From a virus, in the IMG/VR virus record IMGVR_UViG_3300045976_000088, positions 1 through 64,000 of that record: a stretch of 64,000 nt of DNA; one strand, 5' to 3'. Below the pieces are notes generated by a model that saw only the letters and a list, made by a program, of their open reading frames with translations, was not told the DNA's origin and did no database searches. Position numbers and translations under genes: made by a program. Positions within the stretch are counted from its first letter, which is position 1. Each line of letters opens with the position of its first letter. Positions 1 through 9,440 of this stretch are shown one piece after another.

Positions 1-1
1 C

Positions 2-298
2 GGCGTCCTCATTGGTGCCGGAGGATCGCACCTGTTCTACGCGCCGCGTCTGGAGCTCGCGCGCAACCAGGTCGCGCAGCTGGGCCAGGACATCAAGGAC
101 CAGAACACAGCCATCGACAAGATGAAGTCTGATGCCGAGGAGCGCGAGCGCCAGGCGCAGGCCGCGATCGACGCCGCGCAGGCCGAGGCGCGCCGGCACC
201 AGACCCACGCGCAGCAGCTGCTATCGCGCCAGAAGCCGGCGGGGCAGGACGATTGCCAGGCAGCTGCGGACCTGATCTCTCAGGAGCTCGGAAAATGA
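2..298 (+). CDS. Rz-like inner-membrane spanin (5' truncated)
   Basis: Open frame GVLIGAGG...ARNQVAQLGQDIKDQNTAIDKMK...DDCQ...ELGK*: end of hydrophobic segment, coiled coil, C-terminal Cys; ATGA overlap with a lipoprotein gene. Confidence 0.7.
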   Translation, partial: GVLIGAGGSHLFYAPRLELARNQVAQLGQDIKDQNTAIDKMKSDAEERERQAQAAIDAAQAEARRHQTHAQQLLSRQKPAGQDDCQAAADLISQELGK

Positions 299-540
299 AA
301 CGCGCGCTGATCCTGCTCATTCTGGCGGCGCTCGCCGGCTGCAACACGATGCCGCAGCGCATCGAGGTGCCTGTGCCGGTGCAGTGCCACGTCAAGGCGC
401 CCGACAAGCCGGTGTGGGCCACTGACGCGCTGCAGACCGGCTCGGGCTTGTACGAGAAGGTGCGGGCGCTGCTGGCCGAGCGCGAGCAGCGCATCGCCTA
501 CGAGACGCAGCTGGAAGCCGCCTCGAAGGCCTGCGAGTGA
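295..540 (+). CDS. Rz1-like outer-membrane lipoprotein spanin
   Basis: MKRALILLILAALAG-C lipobox, Pro-rich segment; follows the Rz-like gene. Confidence 0.75.
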   Translation: MKRALILLILAALAGCNTMPQRIEVPVPVQCHVKAPDKPVWATDALQTGSGLYEKVRALLAEREQRIAYETQLEAASKACE

Positions 541-548
541 GGGCACCG

Positions 549-563
549 TCGTGATGCAAGACT
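549..563 (+). promoter_or_regulatory. Putative late promoter, TCGTGA-N3-AAGACT
   Basis: Copy of a motif repeated upstream of many structural genes. Confidence 0.6.
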
Positions 564-590
564 GCTGCTAGAAGGCGGCAGCAGCACACG

Positions 591-3500
591 ATGACGGCTC
601 TTACTCCGAATCCGGGCTGGGACAGCGTTCCCGAGCTTGAGCTGAACACGCAAGCGATTGGCGGCCCCGGCGGTGCAGCCAACACGCAAGCGCAAGCGCT
701 GCTCAATCGCACCGAGTACCTTTTCAACTTGGTAACGAACGGCACGCCGTTCTCGTTCAACGACCTGGTGACGCAGCTGGTGTCAGCCGGCTTCAATCGT
801 CCGCCGGTGGCGCACACGCAGTCGTCGTCGTCGCTGGATAGTGCTTTCACGCAAACCGGCAACCTGATTGCGGACGACTACGATCCCGACGCGGGAGACA
901 CGTTCTACCTGCAGTCCGTGATCTACAACGGCTCGGCGCTCACGCTCGGCGAGACGTTCGCCACGGCCTACGGCTCAATGTTGGTCGACACCCTCGGGTC
1001 TTGGACCTACACGCTCGGCGCCGCTGCGCGCGCGCTGCGCGCGGGCCAGGTGGTGAACGAGCTGTTCACGTACACCATCGCTGACGGCAAGGGTGGCCTG
1101 GGCACCAAGACGCTGACCGTGACGATCACCGGCACCGACAGCGTGCCCGTGGTCGAGTCGGTCAACGGCTTTGCTCCGCTGAACACCGCCATCAGCGGCA
1201 ACGTGCTGTACCGCTACGCCTTCGCCTGGGAGCCGCTGCCGCTTTACATCACGCAGTTCATCGTCGCCGGCGTGGCCGGCACGCATGCGCCTGGCGATAC
1301 GGTCACCATTCCGAGCGTCGGCACGATCACGATCGCATCGAACGGCGATTTCACGTTCACCCCGGTGACGAACTGGTTCGGCCCGGTGCCGTTGATCACC
1401 TACACGGTGAGCTATGGCGGCCCGACGGCCAACGGCTATCTCACGCTGGCGATCGACAACCTGATCAACACCGGCTTGCCGCTGGTGCTCTACACCGACT
1501 TCGTGAGCGGCCCGATCTCCGGCGGCGAAGATGGCCTCGGCGCCTACCTGTCGATCTTCGGCAAGAACTTCGGCGATGGCACCAGCCTCGGCACGAACAC
1601 CAAGGTGTTCATCGGCGGCGTCGAGGTGTCGGCCTACGTGCGGCAGGACAACGCCGTCACCTATGCGAAAAGCGGCGTGCAGCGCATCGTGGTGCGCCCC
1701 GGGCCGCTAGGTGGCGCAACACCTGGCGTGCCGATCCCGATCATCGTGCAGGTCAGCAGCGTCAACAGCAACGCCGACTGCCACTGGACGCCGAACCCTG
1801 GTCGCATCCTCTACGTTTCGCTGACGGGCAACGACAGCACCGCGGTGCCCGACGACATCAACCATCCCTGGCGCACCCTGCAGTCGCCCACCAACCGACT
1901 GGCGACGGGCGCCTACTCGATCGTGCGCGCCGGAGATCAGGTGGTGGTGCGGGGCGGCGAGTGGAACGACATCGGCTACGACACCTGCTGGATGCGCTTC
2001 CGCGACACGCCGCAGCAGGGTTATGCGCCGAATGGGACGAGCGGAACCGGCTGGATCAACATCACGTCCTACCCGGGTGAGACGGTGCACTACACGACGC
2101 CCGCCGCTTGCTCGGGCGGCATTCAGGGCGCAGGCCAAGCGTTCTCCGGCACGACAGGCGACTTCGTGGCTGTGGCGAACATCCACTTCGAGAACAGCCC
2201 GGGCGTGAATCGCGATGCGGCGCCGGTCAACGTGCAGTACAGCGGCGGCCACTGGCGTGCCGTCAACAACGAAATTGGCCCCTGGCCGGCCGGCAACAGC
2301 GCGGTCCTGAACGGCGCAGGCGTGTCGGGCGCAGGCAACCGCGTCGAGGTGCTTGGCAACCTCATCCACGACATCGACGGCACGAGCGAGCTGCAGAACC
2401 ACGGCATTTACGCCGACGCGACAGCCTATGGCTGGGAGGTGGCCTACAACTGGATCCACGACATCCGCGGCGGCTCGCTGGTGCAGTTCAATGATTCGGA
2501 CGGCACCACGGGCATCGCGCCGACGCCGGAGGGCGTGTGGCCCGGCTTCGTCAACATCCGCGTGCACCACAACTGGCTGGAGGTCTGCGCCAAGTACGGC
2601 ATCAACGTGGCCGACAGCGGGCCCACGGGCGCGGGCACCGTCGACTTCCAGGCCTGGAACAACATCATCATCGGCACGGGCCTGCCAGCGCTGCGGCTGA
2701 ACACGAACACGCCGACCGGCACCGTCGTGTATGCCTTCAACACGATCTATGACTGCGCCCGCACCGTCACGCCAGGCAACGCGATGGTGCGCAATGACGG
2801 CAACCAGGGAGCAGGCCATAGCGTTCTGCTCTACAACAACATCATCTGCTTCGGCCCCAACACGACGGCCGGCTCGACCTGGATGTCGGACACCAGCGGC
2901 CAAAGCTCGGGTTACCAGTGGCGACGCAATCTGTACTACGCTGGCACGCAGACCCCGCCGAATCCGGCCACGCTGGGCGACACGCTGGCGATCGTCGCGG
3001 ATCCGAAGTTCAACAACCCTTCGGGCGGCGACTTCTCGCTGCAGAGCTCGTCGCCGGCGGTCAATGCCGGCACGCAGCCACTGCCGACGGGCATGAACGT
3101 CTTCGACGACTACACGTCGCTGGGCACGCGCAAGCTCGGCGGCGCGCCGGACGTTGGGGCGCTGGAGTACCCGGATCCGAAGCCCTATGTGCTCGTGCCG
3201 CCGACGACGAGCGGCGGCCCGCAAGTGGGCGTCGCGAGCACGGTCAACACCGGTTCCTGGGGTAACAGCCCGACCAGCGTGACCGTGCAGTGGTCGGTGG
3301 GCGGCGCCGATGTGCCTGGCGCGACCAGCACGACCTACACGCCATCGGCCAGTGATGTGCGCCAGACTCTGCGCGTGACGGTGACGGCCACCAACGCGGC
3401 CGGCTCGACGGCATACCCGTTGACGCTGGGAACGATCGCGCAGGGCGCGGGCGGCCCGGTCAACACGGTGGCGCCGACGATCAGCGGCACAGCCTCGGTT

Positions 3501-4370
3501 GGCAGCGTGCTGACCGTCACCGACAACGGAACGTGGACAGGCAGCTACACCGGCTTCGCGTACCAATGGCAGCGCGGGGGCGCCGACATCCCGGGCGCGA
3601 CGGCAAGCACCTACACCCTCCAGAACGGCGATGCCGGTCTGAATGTCGCGTGCGAGGTCTTCGCTCTCAACAGCACCACCGGCAGCGGCGTGGCCGCCTC
3701 GAATAGCATCGGCCCGATCGCGGCCGCGGCCGCCGATCCGGTCGTGGTGCAGCACACGGGCAAGTTCGTGGCCGCTGGCAGCGACACCGTTACCCTGGCC
3801 GGTGTGACGGCGGGCAACTGGGTGCTGGCGCTGATCTACACGCAGCGTGGTGACACCGGCAACGCCACCGCGCTGACCGACAACCGCGGCAACGACCTGC
3901 TGTCGACCAGCGCGGCCTTCTACGTCGACCCCAGCCGCTTCCGCTATGCCAAGGTGCGCGATACGACAGGCGGCGACTACACGGTCTCGATCTCGATCGC
4001 TGCGGACTCTCAGGTGTTCCTGATCGAGCTCACCGGCTGCGACCTGGCGACTTTCCTCGACATCCCCGAGGTGACCTACGCAGGAGACCGCTACTCGGGC
4101 ACGCAGACCTTCAACATCGGCCCGACGACCAAGGCGAAAGACCTGCTGATTGTGCTGGCCGGCTGCGGCGGCACTTCGGCGACCACCATCATCCCCGACG
4201 GGTCGTGGACGGTGCTGGAGGCCGACCTGGTTGGCCGCTCGTCGCCGGCCTCGGTCTGGTCGCAGAAGCTGTCCAGCGTGGGTACCTTTGCCTGCAACTT
4301 CACGCAGGGCGGCACGTCGGCGCCGTACCCTGGCCCCGACGCACTGGCGCTGACGGTGCGCGGCTCCTAA
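591..4370 (+). CDS. Tail fibre/spike-like protein with VCBS/cadherin-like Ig domains, right-handed beta-helix and further Ig-like repeats
   Basis: N-terminal GGPGGAANTQAQALLNRTEYL typical of phage fibre anchors; FTYTIADG...LTVTITG; Asn-ladder beta-helix repeats; DPKF..DFSLQSSSPAVNAG..DVGALEY. Confidence 0.7.
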   Translation: MTALTPNPGWDSVPELELNTQAIGGPGGAANTQAQALLNRTEYLFNLVTNGTPFSFNDLVTQLVSAGFNRPPVAHTQSSSSLDSAFTQTGNLIADDYDPDAGDTFYLQSVIYNGSALTLGETFATAYGSMLVDTLGSWTYTLGAAARALRAGQVVNELFTYTIADGKGGLGTKTLTVTITGTDSVPVVESVNGFAPLNTAISGNVLYRYAFAWEPLPLYITQFIVAGVAGTHAPGDTVTIPSVGTITIASNGDFTFTPVTNWFGPVPLITYTVSYGGPTANGYLTLAIDNLINTGLPLVLYTDFVSGPISGGEDGLGAYLSIFGKNFGDGTSLGTNTKVFIGGVEVSAYVRQDNAVTYAKSGVQRIVVRPGPLGGATPGVPIPIIVQVSSVNSNADCHWTPNPGRILYVSLTGNDSTAVPDDINHPWRTLQSPTNRLATGAYSIVRAGDQVVVRGGEWNDIGYDTCWMRFRDTPQQGYAPNGTSGTGWINITSYPGETVHYTTPAACSGGIQGAGQAFSGTTGDFVAVANIHFENSPGVNRDAAPVNVQYSGGHWRAVNNEIGPWPAGNSAVLNGAGVSGAGNRVEVLGNLIHDIDGTSELQNHGIYADATAYGWEVAYNWIHDIRGGSLVQFNDSDGTTGIAPTPEGVWPGFVNIRVHHNWLEVCAKYGINVADSGPTGAGTVDFQAWNNIIIGTGLPALRLNTNTPTGTVVYAFNTIYDCARTVTPGNAMVRNDGNQGAGHSVLLYNNIICFGPNTTAGSTWMSDTSGQSSGYQWRRNLYYAGTQTPPNPATLGDTLAIVADPKFNNPSGGDFSLQSSSPAVNAGTQPLPTGMNVFDDYTSLGTRKLGGAPDVGALEYPDPKPYVLVPPTTSGGPQVGVASTVNTGSWGNSPTSVTVQWSVGGADVPGATSTTYTPSASDVRQTLRVTVTATNAAGSTAYPLTLGTIAQGAGGPVNTVAPTISGTASVGSVLTVTDNGTWTGSYTGFAYQWQRGGADIPGATASTYTLQNGDAGLNVACEVFALNSTTGSGVAASNSIGPIAAAAADPVVVQHTGKFVAAGSDTVTLAGVTAGNWVLALIYTQRGDTGNATALTDNRGNDLLSTSAAFYVDPSRFRYAKVRDTTGGDYTVSISIAADSQVFLIELTGCDLATFLDIPEVTYAGDRYSGTQTFNIGPTTKAKDLLIVLAGCGGTSATTIIPDGSWTVLEADLVGRSSPASVWSQKLSSVGTFACNFTQGGTSAPYPGPDALALTVRGS

Positions 4371-4630
4371 GCGGCGGCGCGCAGTGGCACCGGCGGCGCG
4401 CCGGCGGACAGCTGATCGTCGATCCACGCGATGCGGCGCGAGTACATATCGGCCAGCGCCTGGTTGTAGTCCGCCGAAAGCTGGTACTCGATGCGCTTGC
4501 GCTCGGCTTCGTAGCGCAGGTCTTCTAGCTCACGCTTCACCGAGATGCGCCGGAACAGGGCGTTGTAGATGGCTCGCATCAAAGGGCGTTGTAGATGGCT
4601 CGCATCAGGGGGTTGATGGGATTGGCCCAT
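4367..4630 (-). CDS. Hypothetical protein (start could be 4579)
   Basis: AAGGAG RBS before 4630; helical ORF. Confidence 0.55.
   Translation of the reverse strand: MGQSHQPPDASHLQRPLMRAIYNALFRRISVKRELEDLRYEAERKRIEYQLSADYNQALADMYSRRIAWIDDQLSAGAPPVPLRAAA
4557..4607. repeat. Tandem 25-bp direct repeat (period 26)
   Basis: AGGGCGTTGTAGATGGCTCGCATCA at 4557-4581 and 4583-4607. Confidence 0.9.
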
Positions 4631-4648
4631 GGGGGTCTCCTTTCAGGT

Positions 4649-4861
4649 CTAGCGCCGCAGCAGCCACGCCGCCAGGCGCGCGAGGCGCCCCGGGCGCGGC
4701 CGGCGTGCCGGCGCGGGGTTGCGAAACGTGGCGCCCTCGCCCGGGCGCCGATCGTCCATCGGCTCCAGGTCGAGATCCTGCACCGTCAGGCTGGGCAGGT
4801 GATCGTCGGCGATGATCGTCTCCTGGATCTCGAAGTGGGCTGGATCGTAGGGCACGCTCAC
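4649..4861 (-). CDS. Hypothetical protein
   Basis: GTG start overlapping upstream stop (GTGA). Confidence 0.5.
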   Translation of the reverse strand: MSVPYDPAHFEIQETIIADDHLPSLTVQDLDLEPMDDRRPGEGATFRNPAPARRPRPGRLARLAAWLLRR

Positions 4862-5760
4862 CACCCCATCCGGCTGGCGCAGATCGGGCCGATGCCGCGA
4901 TCGATGCTGGTGCTGTCGGTGAGCTCGCGGCCGCAGACCGAGCACGCGCCGAAGCGCTGGCCGTAGGCGACAGCCGCCTTCTCCGGGTCCGACGCGGCCG
5001 CCACAATGCGCTGCTCCTCGTCGGGGCTGCACTCGCGCACCTTCAGGAACCTGCCGCCGATGATCTTGCCGAGGTAGGCGCCGCGGCCGTCTTCGCCGGT
5101 GCGCTCCTTCGAGGTGACGTAGATGGCGCCGGCGTTCTTGCTGCTCGCCTTGGCTGGGCTGAGCACGAACGTGTCGAGCCGCAGCTTCGGCGTGCGCACA
5201 CCCTTGGCAAGCGCGTTGGCGAAGGCCTGCTCGACCTTCTCCAGCGGAGCGGCGGCGACGGTCGGCGCCGCTGCCTCGGCCGCCTTGCGCTCCTCGGCGG
5301 CCTGCTGGCGGCGCATCTCGCGATCTAGATCGCTCGCCATGCACTTGCGTACGGCGCCCAGCTGGCCGGGCGTCAGGTTCCCCCAGCGCTGCACCGCGGC
5401 GTGCATCTGCGCAGCGAAGTCGAAGCTCTCGGCGCGGCGCAGGATCCACTCGGCCTCGGCCTCGTTGGCGGCTTTGAACTCCTCCCAGCGGCTGCCGGCC
5501 TTGCGCTCCTCGCGCTGGGCCCGCTGCTGCGCGGCCTTCAGGCGCTCGAACGGGCTGGTCTTGAACGTCAGGACGCGCGCGCCGTTGCACTTGAAGCAGA
5601 CGTTGCCGTGCGAGCTCGGGCCGAGGTACCTGCCGGTGCCGCGGCACTTCGGGCAGGGCTGGGTGTAGACGGGCGCCGCGGCCTGGGCCGCGCTCGGCGC
5701 GCGCACCGGCGCGCTTGCGAGGTCGCTTTCCATGTCGTCGAAGGCGGTCGAGGGCATCAT
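4858..5760 (-). CDS. Zn-finger protein with C-terminal DUF6011-like domain
   Basis: CPKCRGTG/CFKCNG and CSVCGRELTD.TSIDRGIGPIC; GGAG RBS and TATACT -10 upstream. Confidence 0.7.
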   Translation of the reverse strand: MMPSTAFDDMESDLASAPVRAPSAAQAAAPVYTQPCPKCRGTGRYLGPSSHGNVCFKCNGARVLTFKTSPFERLKAAQQRAQREERKAGSRWEEFKAANEAEAEWILRRAESFDFAAQMHAAVQRWGNLTPGQLGAVRKCMASDLDREMRRQQAAEERKAAEAAAPTVAAAPLEKVEQAFANALAKGVRTPKLRLDTFVLSPAKASSKNAGAIYVTSKERTGEDGRGAYLGKIIGGRFLKVRECSPDEEQRIVAAASDPEKAAVAYGQRFGACSVCGRELTDSTSIDRGIGPICASRMGW

Positions 5761-5828
5761 CGCGGTCTCCTGAAGTACAACGCCAGTATAACCGGATTTG
5801 ATCATGTGTGTTCGTCTAGGCGAACAAT

Positions 5829-7019
5829 TCATGCGGCCTCCGTTTCCCTTTTCCAGCCGCCCGTGATCACGTTCGCGATCTTGGTCGCCACCTGCGCCTG
5901 CTCTGACTGCTCGCCGTGGATGTAGCGCTCGGTCGTGCTCATCTGCCGGTGGCCCAGCTGCATCGCGATCTGCTTCTGCGACAGGCCGGCGGCCCGGTGG
6001 CCGATCGAGCCGACCGTGTGGCGCAAGGTGTGCGGCGTCGAGCGTGTCGACACTCCGGCGCGCGCCGCGATCTTCTTCCAGCGCTTCCATGGCGACTTCA
6101 GCGGCTCGCCGGCCAGCCGGCCGGGGATCAGCCACTCGCGACAGGCGCCATACACCGCGTCGAGCTCGCGCACGATGTCGAGCGCAGCATCGGGCAGCGG
6201 AATCTCGCGCTGGCCGACCTTCGAGTCCGGCAGCAGCAGGGCCTTCAGGTCGAAGCTGACCCACTCGCGCCGCGCGGTGCGGATCTCGCTGTTGCGGCAG
6301 CCGGTGATCATCCACAGGCGCGCCAGGGCGGCCATGGGCAGGTCGAGCTCGCCCGCGCTGGTCAGATCGGTGCAGGCCTGGTCGACGGCGGCCGTGTCCG
6401 GCACCGACAGGATCAGGTCGCGGGTCTTCAGCCGGAACTTCTTCAGCCGGCGGCAGGGGTTGCTGTTCTGCGGCCGCCAGCCCCAGTCCTCGGCCAGGTT
6501 GAAGGCCTTGCCGAGGAGCGCCACGATCTGGTTGGCAAGGGCGGGGGTCTTCGCGAGCTCGGCCTGCAGCTTCACCACGTCGGCCTTGGTCCACTCAGCC
6601 ACCTTCTTTCCGGCGTGCTTGGGCAGCACGTGCAGCCGCCAGTTCGTCTCGTCGAGCGCCGCGCTGCGCGGCTTCTTGAACGGGATCGCGTGCTCCTTCA
6701 TGAACCGATCCCGCAGGTCTTGCGTGGTGGGCGCGCTGCGCGCTTCCTCGCGCTCGACCGCCGGGTCACGACCCTCGGCCACCGCGGTGAAGACCTTCCG
6801 GGCCAGGTCGCGGGCCTTGTCGGGCGTCATGTCGCAGGCCCGGCCGATGGTCATCTTGCGCTGGGTGTGCGAGGCGTTGCGGTACCGGACCACGTAGGTC
6901 TTGCGGCCGCTTGCCTGGACACGCAGGCCGAAGCCTGGCACCTCTGTGTCCCACCACCACTCGTCGCCCTTCTCGGGCGCCTTGGCGTTGTCGACGACGG
7001 TCTTCGTGAGCTTCGGCAT
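5829..7019 (-). CDS. int: Tyrosine integrase with N-terminal arm-binding domain
   Basis: WDTEVPGFGLRV arm domain; TGCRNSEI, HTLRH, LGH..MSTTERY catalytic motifs. Confidence 0.95.
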   Translation of the reverse strand: MPKLTKTVVDNAKAPEKGDEWWWDTEVPGFGLRVQASGRKTYVVRYRNASHTQRKMTIGRACDMTPDKARDLARKVFTAVAEGRDPAVEREEARSAPTTQDLRDRFMKEHAIPFKKPRSAALDETNWRLHVLPKHAGKKVAEWTKADVVKLQAELAKTPALANQIVALLGKAFNLAEDWGWRPQNSNPCRRLKKFRLKTRDLILSVPDTAAVDQACTDLTSAGELDLPMAALARLWMITGCRNSEIRTARREWVSFDLKALLLPDSKVGQREIPLPDAALDIVRELDAVYGACREWLIPGRLAGEPLKSPWKRWKKIAARAGVSTRSTPHTLRHTVGSIGHRAAGLSQKQIAMQLGHRQMSTTERYIHGEQSEQAQVATKIANVITGGWKRETEAA

Positions 7020-7031
7020 GCAGGATCTCCA

Positions 7032-7260
7032 GGGCGCGGGTCGGGCGCAAAAGCCCGGGAACCGCCGTGATGTTGGTGGATGAGGAGCGCCCCGGGCTAG
7101 ACGGCCAAGCCGTTGAAATCGTGGCACTCAGGGACGCCGGGTGACGTTCCGTGAACGCGAGTCTGCCAAACTCAAAATCTGCTGTCTAGATCAAATTTGA
7201 TCAAGACTTCCCTAGGTGAGACGCGGTATCTAGGGAAAAGCCCGGGCGCAGGTCGGGCGC
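7032..7260. other. Probable attP: arm-type repeats flanking a tRNA-Leu anticodon-like core
   Basis: GGGCGC(G/A)GGTCGGGCGC at 7032-7048 and 7244-7260; AAAAGCCCGGG at 7049 and 7236; ACTCAAAATCTGC at 7170-7182. Confidence 0.6.
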
Positions 7261-7266
7261 GAGGCG

Positions 7267-7352
7267 GCCGGGGTGGCGGAACGGTAGACGCAGGGCGCTC
7301 AAAACGCCCCGTCCGCAAGGGCGTGCAGGTTCGACTCCTGTCCCCGGCACCA
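7267..7352 (+). tRNA. tRNA-Leu (CAA)
   Basis: GCCGGGG/CCCCGGC acceptor + ACCA; GGGCG-CTCAAAA-CGCCC anticodon arm; long variable arm; GGTTCGACTCC. Confidence 0.95.
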
Positions 7353-7353
7353 G

Positions 7354-7950
7354 CTACAGAAGCGCTTGCTGCTTGGGTTGCGCCTCGGCCACCTTCTTCC
7401 CCGCCTGCTTGATCGTCCGATCGGGAGCGTTCACCAGCACCTGCTCCCAGGTCTCGGTAACGACCGGCTCGAAGTGATCTCGCATCGCCGCATAGGTGCG
7501 TGGCCGTACCTTGCTGAGCAGGTCCGGGTTGGTCACAAACAGCCTGAACATCTCGGCGAACCACTCGTAGTCGTTCTCGCAATACGAGGTGATCGGCTCC
7601 TCTCCCGAGGCCTTGCGCATGCCGATGCTGAAGTCGCCAAAGTACGGGCCGACGCGCTGACTGCGCTGCACGTCAACGTGGTGGCCGAGCTCGTGTTGGA
7701 TGACGCCGTAGGGAGTGCGGTCTACGGTGTAGCCGGGGTAGGACCACGATGCGCCGGCTAGGCCGATCGGAGCGCACTTCGCGAGGCACAGGTTGATCCT
7801 GCTCCTTCGATAGTAGGCACAAACACCGAACGCCCAGTCCTTGCTGGGAGCGAACTCGATGACGGGCTCCGGCACGTTGTTAGCTGCACAGAAGCGAGTC
7901 ATGAGGTCGCGCCCGAGCAGCATCAGGTCGTGTTTCGTGAGGTCGATCAT
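7354..7950 (-). CDS. Zincin-like metallopeptidase-fold protein
   Basis: HELGH plus downstream EWFAE. Confidence 0.6.
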   Translation of the reverse strand: MIDLTKHDLMLLGRDLMTRFCAANNVPEPVIEFAPSKDWAFGVCAYYRRSRINLCLAKCAPIGLAGASWSYPGYTVDRTPYGVIQHELGHHVDVQRSQRVGPYFGDFSIGMRKASGEEPITSYCENDYEWFAEMFRLFVTNPDLLSKVRPRTYAAMRDHFEPVVTETWEQVLVNAPDRTIKQAGKKVAEAQPKQQALL

Positions 7951-7952
7951 GG

Positions 7953-8162
7953 TCAGTCGTCTGCGTAGAGGCGCTTCGTCGGCTCGGGCTGCTGGTGCCG
8001 CGCAGGCCACACCTCGATAACCGGCTCGTGGTGGCCCATGGCGGGCGGCTGCAGGGGATGCAGGTCGATGCGCAGCGTGACGCCCAGCTGCTGGGCCAGG
8101 TGCACCAGCGCTTCGGCCTGGCGGCGCACGATGTTGCACTCGGCAACGCGGTCGGTGGTCAT
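7953..8162 (-). CDS. Hypothetical protein
   Basis: Coupled ORF in operon. Confidence 0.6.
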   Translation of the reverse strand: MTTDRVAECNIVRRQAEALVHLAQQLGVTLRIDLHPLQPPAMGHHEPVIEVWPARHQQPEPTKRLYADD

Positions 8163-8722
8163 GATCCTGTGCTCCCAAAGCCGCCAGTGCCGCGCGGCGT
8201 ATCGCTGAGCTCGTCGGATTCCTCGATCACCACGTCTGGCAATTTCAGCAGCATGGCCTGCGCGATGCGATCGCCGTCTTTGACGACGAGCTCGCGATGC
8301 GTGTCTGAAGTCAGGCGCACACCCACCTCGCCTCTGTAGTCGCTGTCGATCACACCGACGCAGTTCGCCAGGCGGATGTCGTGCTTGAAGCCGTGGCCCG
8401 AGCGGCTGAAGATCAGCATCACGTGCCCCTGTGGTACCTCGAACGCGAGGCCGGTAGCGAACGTGGCCGCTTTGACGGACCCACCCATGGTGATCGGTTC
8501 GCTGCGCGGCTCACACACGCGCAGGTCGAAGCAGGCCGACCCGTCGGTGGCGCGCTCCGGGAGCCTTGCTTCGGGACGCAAGCGCTTGACGCGCAGCACA
8601 GGGCGCGGATCCGCCCATTCTTCCCCACGCTTGAACTGCGTCGTCTCCTGCAGCGCTGGATCGTCCTCACCGTTGTTTCCCGTGATGTGGCTATCGAGCT
8701 CGCCGCGTTCGCGTTGGTTCAT
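8159..8722 (-). CDS. dut: Trimeric dUTPase
   Basis: SACFDL, SRSG, GVIDSDYRGE, GDRIAQ, RGTGGFGSTG motifs. Confidence 0.95.
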   Translation of the reverse strand: MNQRERGELDSHITGNNGEDDPALQETTQFKRGEEWADPRPVLRVKRLRPEARLPERATDGSACFDLRVCEPRSEPITMGGSVKAATFATGLAFEVPQGHVMLIFSRSGHGFKHDIRLANCVGVIDSDYRGEVGVRLTSDTHRELVVKDGDRIAQAMLLKLPDVVIEESDELSDTPRGTGGFGSTGS

Positions 8723-8962
8723 TCATTCCTCCAGGTTCGCCGGTGCGGCCGGCAGCAGTCCGAGCCGAGCTTCCTCGGCTTTGTCGCGCTTGGGCAGGGG
8801 TGCCCAAGCGATGAAAGAGTGCCCGTAGGGGCCTTGCCAGTTCCCGATCGTGGCCGTGCGGCCGACGGTCAGCAGCAGCACCTTTGCGTCGGTGCGCTTG
8901 GGCACCTCGTAGCGCCAGCCGAGGGCGTCGGCGGGCGCGGCAATGTAGGCTTGGTCGCTCAT
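8723..8962 (-). CDS. Hypothetical protein
   Basis: ATGA-coupled ORF. Confidence 0.6.
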   Translation of the reverse strand: MSDQAYIAAPADALGWRYEVPKRTDAKVLLLTVGRTATIGNWQGPYGHSFIAWAPLPKRDKAEEARLGLLPAAPANLEE

Positions 8963-9234
8963 GTCGTTTGCGCGGTCTTCGCGCGCTGCAGTCGCAGCGC
9001 ATGCAAGCGCCGCAGGTCTTCGATGATCCGATCGGCCGCAGCGTTGCCGCGGTACTGCCGGATGCCATTCTTCAGCACGACGTCGCCCTTGATGCCACCG
9101 AGGACGCCGTTCACGTGCGCGCGCCTGGCCTGCGCGTTGGGGAAGTCGTCGAGGATCGAGCGGACTTCGCAATCGTGGCGCCAGGCCTCGCTGTCAGCCG
9201 GCACGTCCTCTCCGGTGAGTTCGCAGATGGGCAT
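8959..9234 (-). CDS. Hypothetical protein
   Basis: Operon-packed ORF (SEAWRHDCE). Confidence 0.6.
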   Translation of the reverse strand: MPICELTGEDVPADSEAWRHDCEVRSILDDFPNAQARRAHVNGVLGGIKGDVVLKNGIRQYRGNAAADRIIEDLRRLHALRLQRAKTAQTT

Positions 9235-9236
9235 TG

Positions 9237-9440
9237 TCAGCTGCGCAGGTAGTCCCAGCAGGCCCGCCAGGACGCCCACAGGTCATTGACTCGTTTGTCG
9301 ATGTAGCGTCCCTCGCCGGGGTCTAGGATTTTTTTGCGCCTCTTGGTGAAGTCAAGACCCCAGTTGAGGATTCGCCAGTATTTCTCGAAGGCCTTCATGC
9401 AGGCCTTGAATTCTTCTTTGTCCTCGGTGGCGTGTTTCAC
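9237..9440 (-). CDS. Hypothetical protein
   Basis: GTGA-coupled ORF. Confidence 0.55.
   Translation of the reverse strand: MKHATEDKEEFKACMKAFEKYWRILNWGLDFTKRRKKILDPGEGRYIDKRVNDLWASWRACWDYLRS

Noticed and set aside
1707-4427. 906-aa minus-strand ORF and similar Arg/Ala-rich long ORFs elsewhere
   Set aside because: High-GC shadow frames opposite well-supported genes
7267-7352. tRNA-Leu as a host gene marking a prophage boundary
   Set aside because: Phage genes continue on both sides; no host housekeeping region is seen
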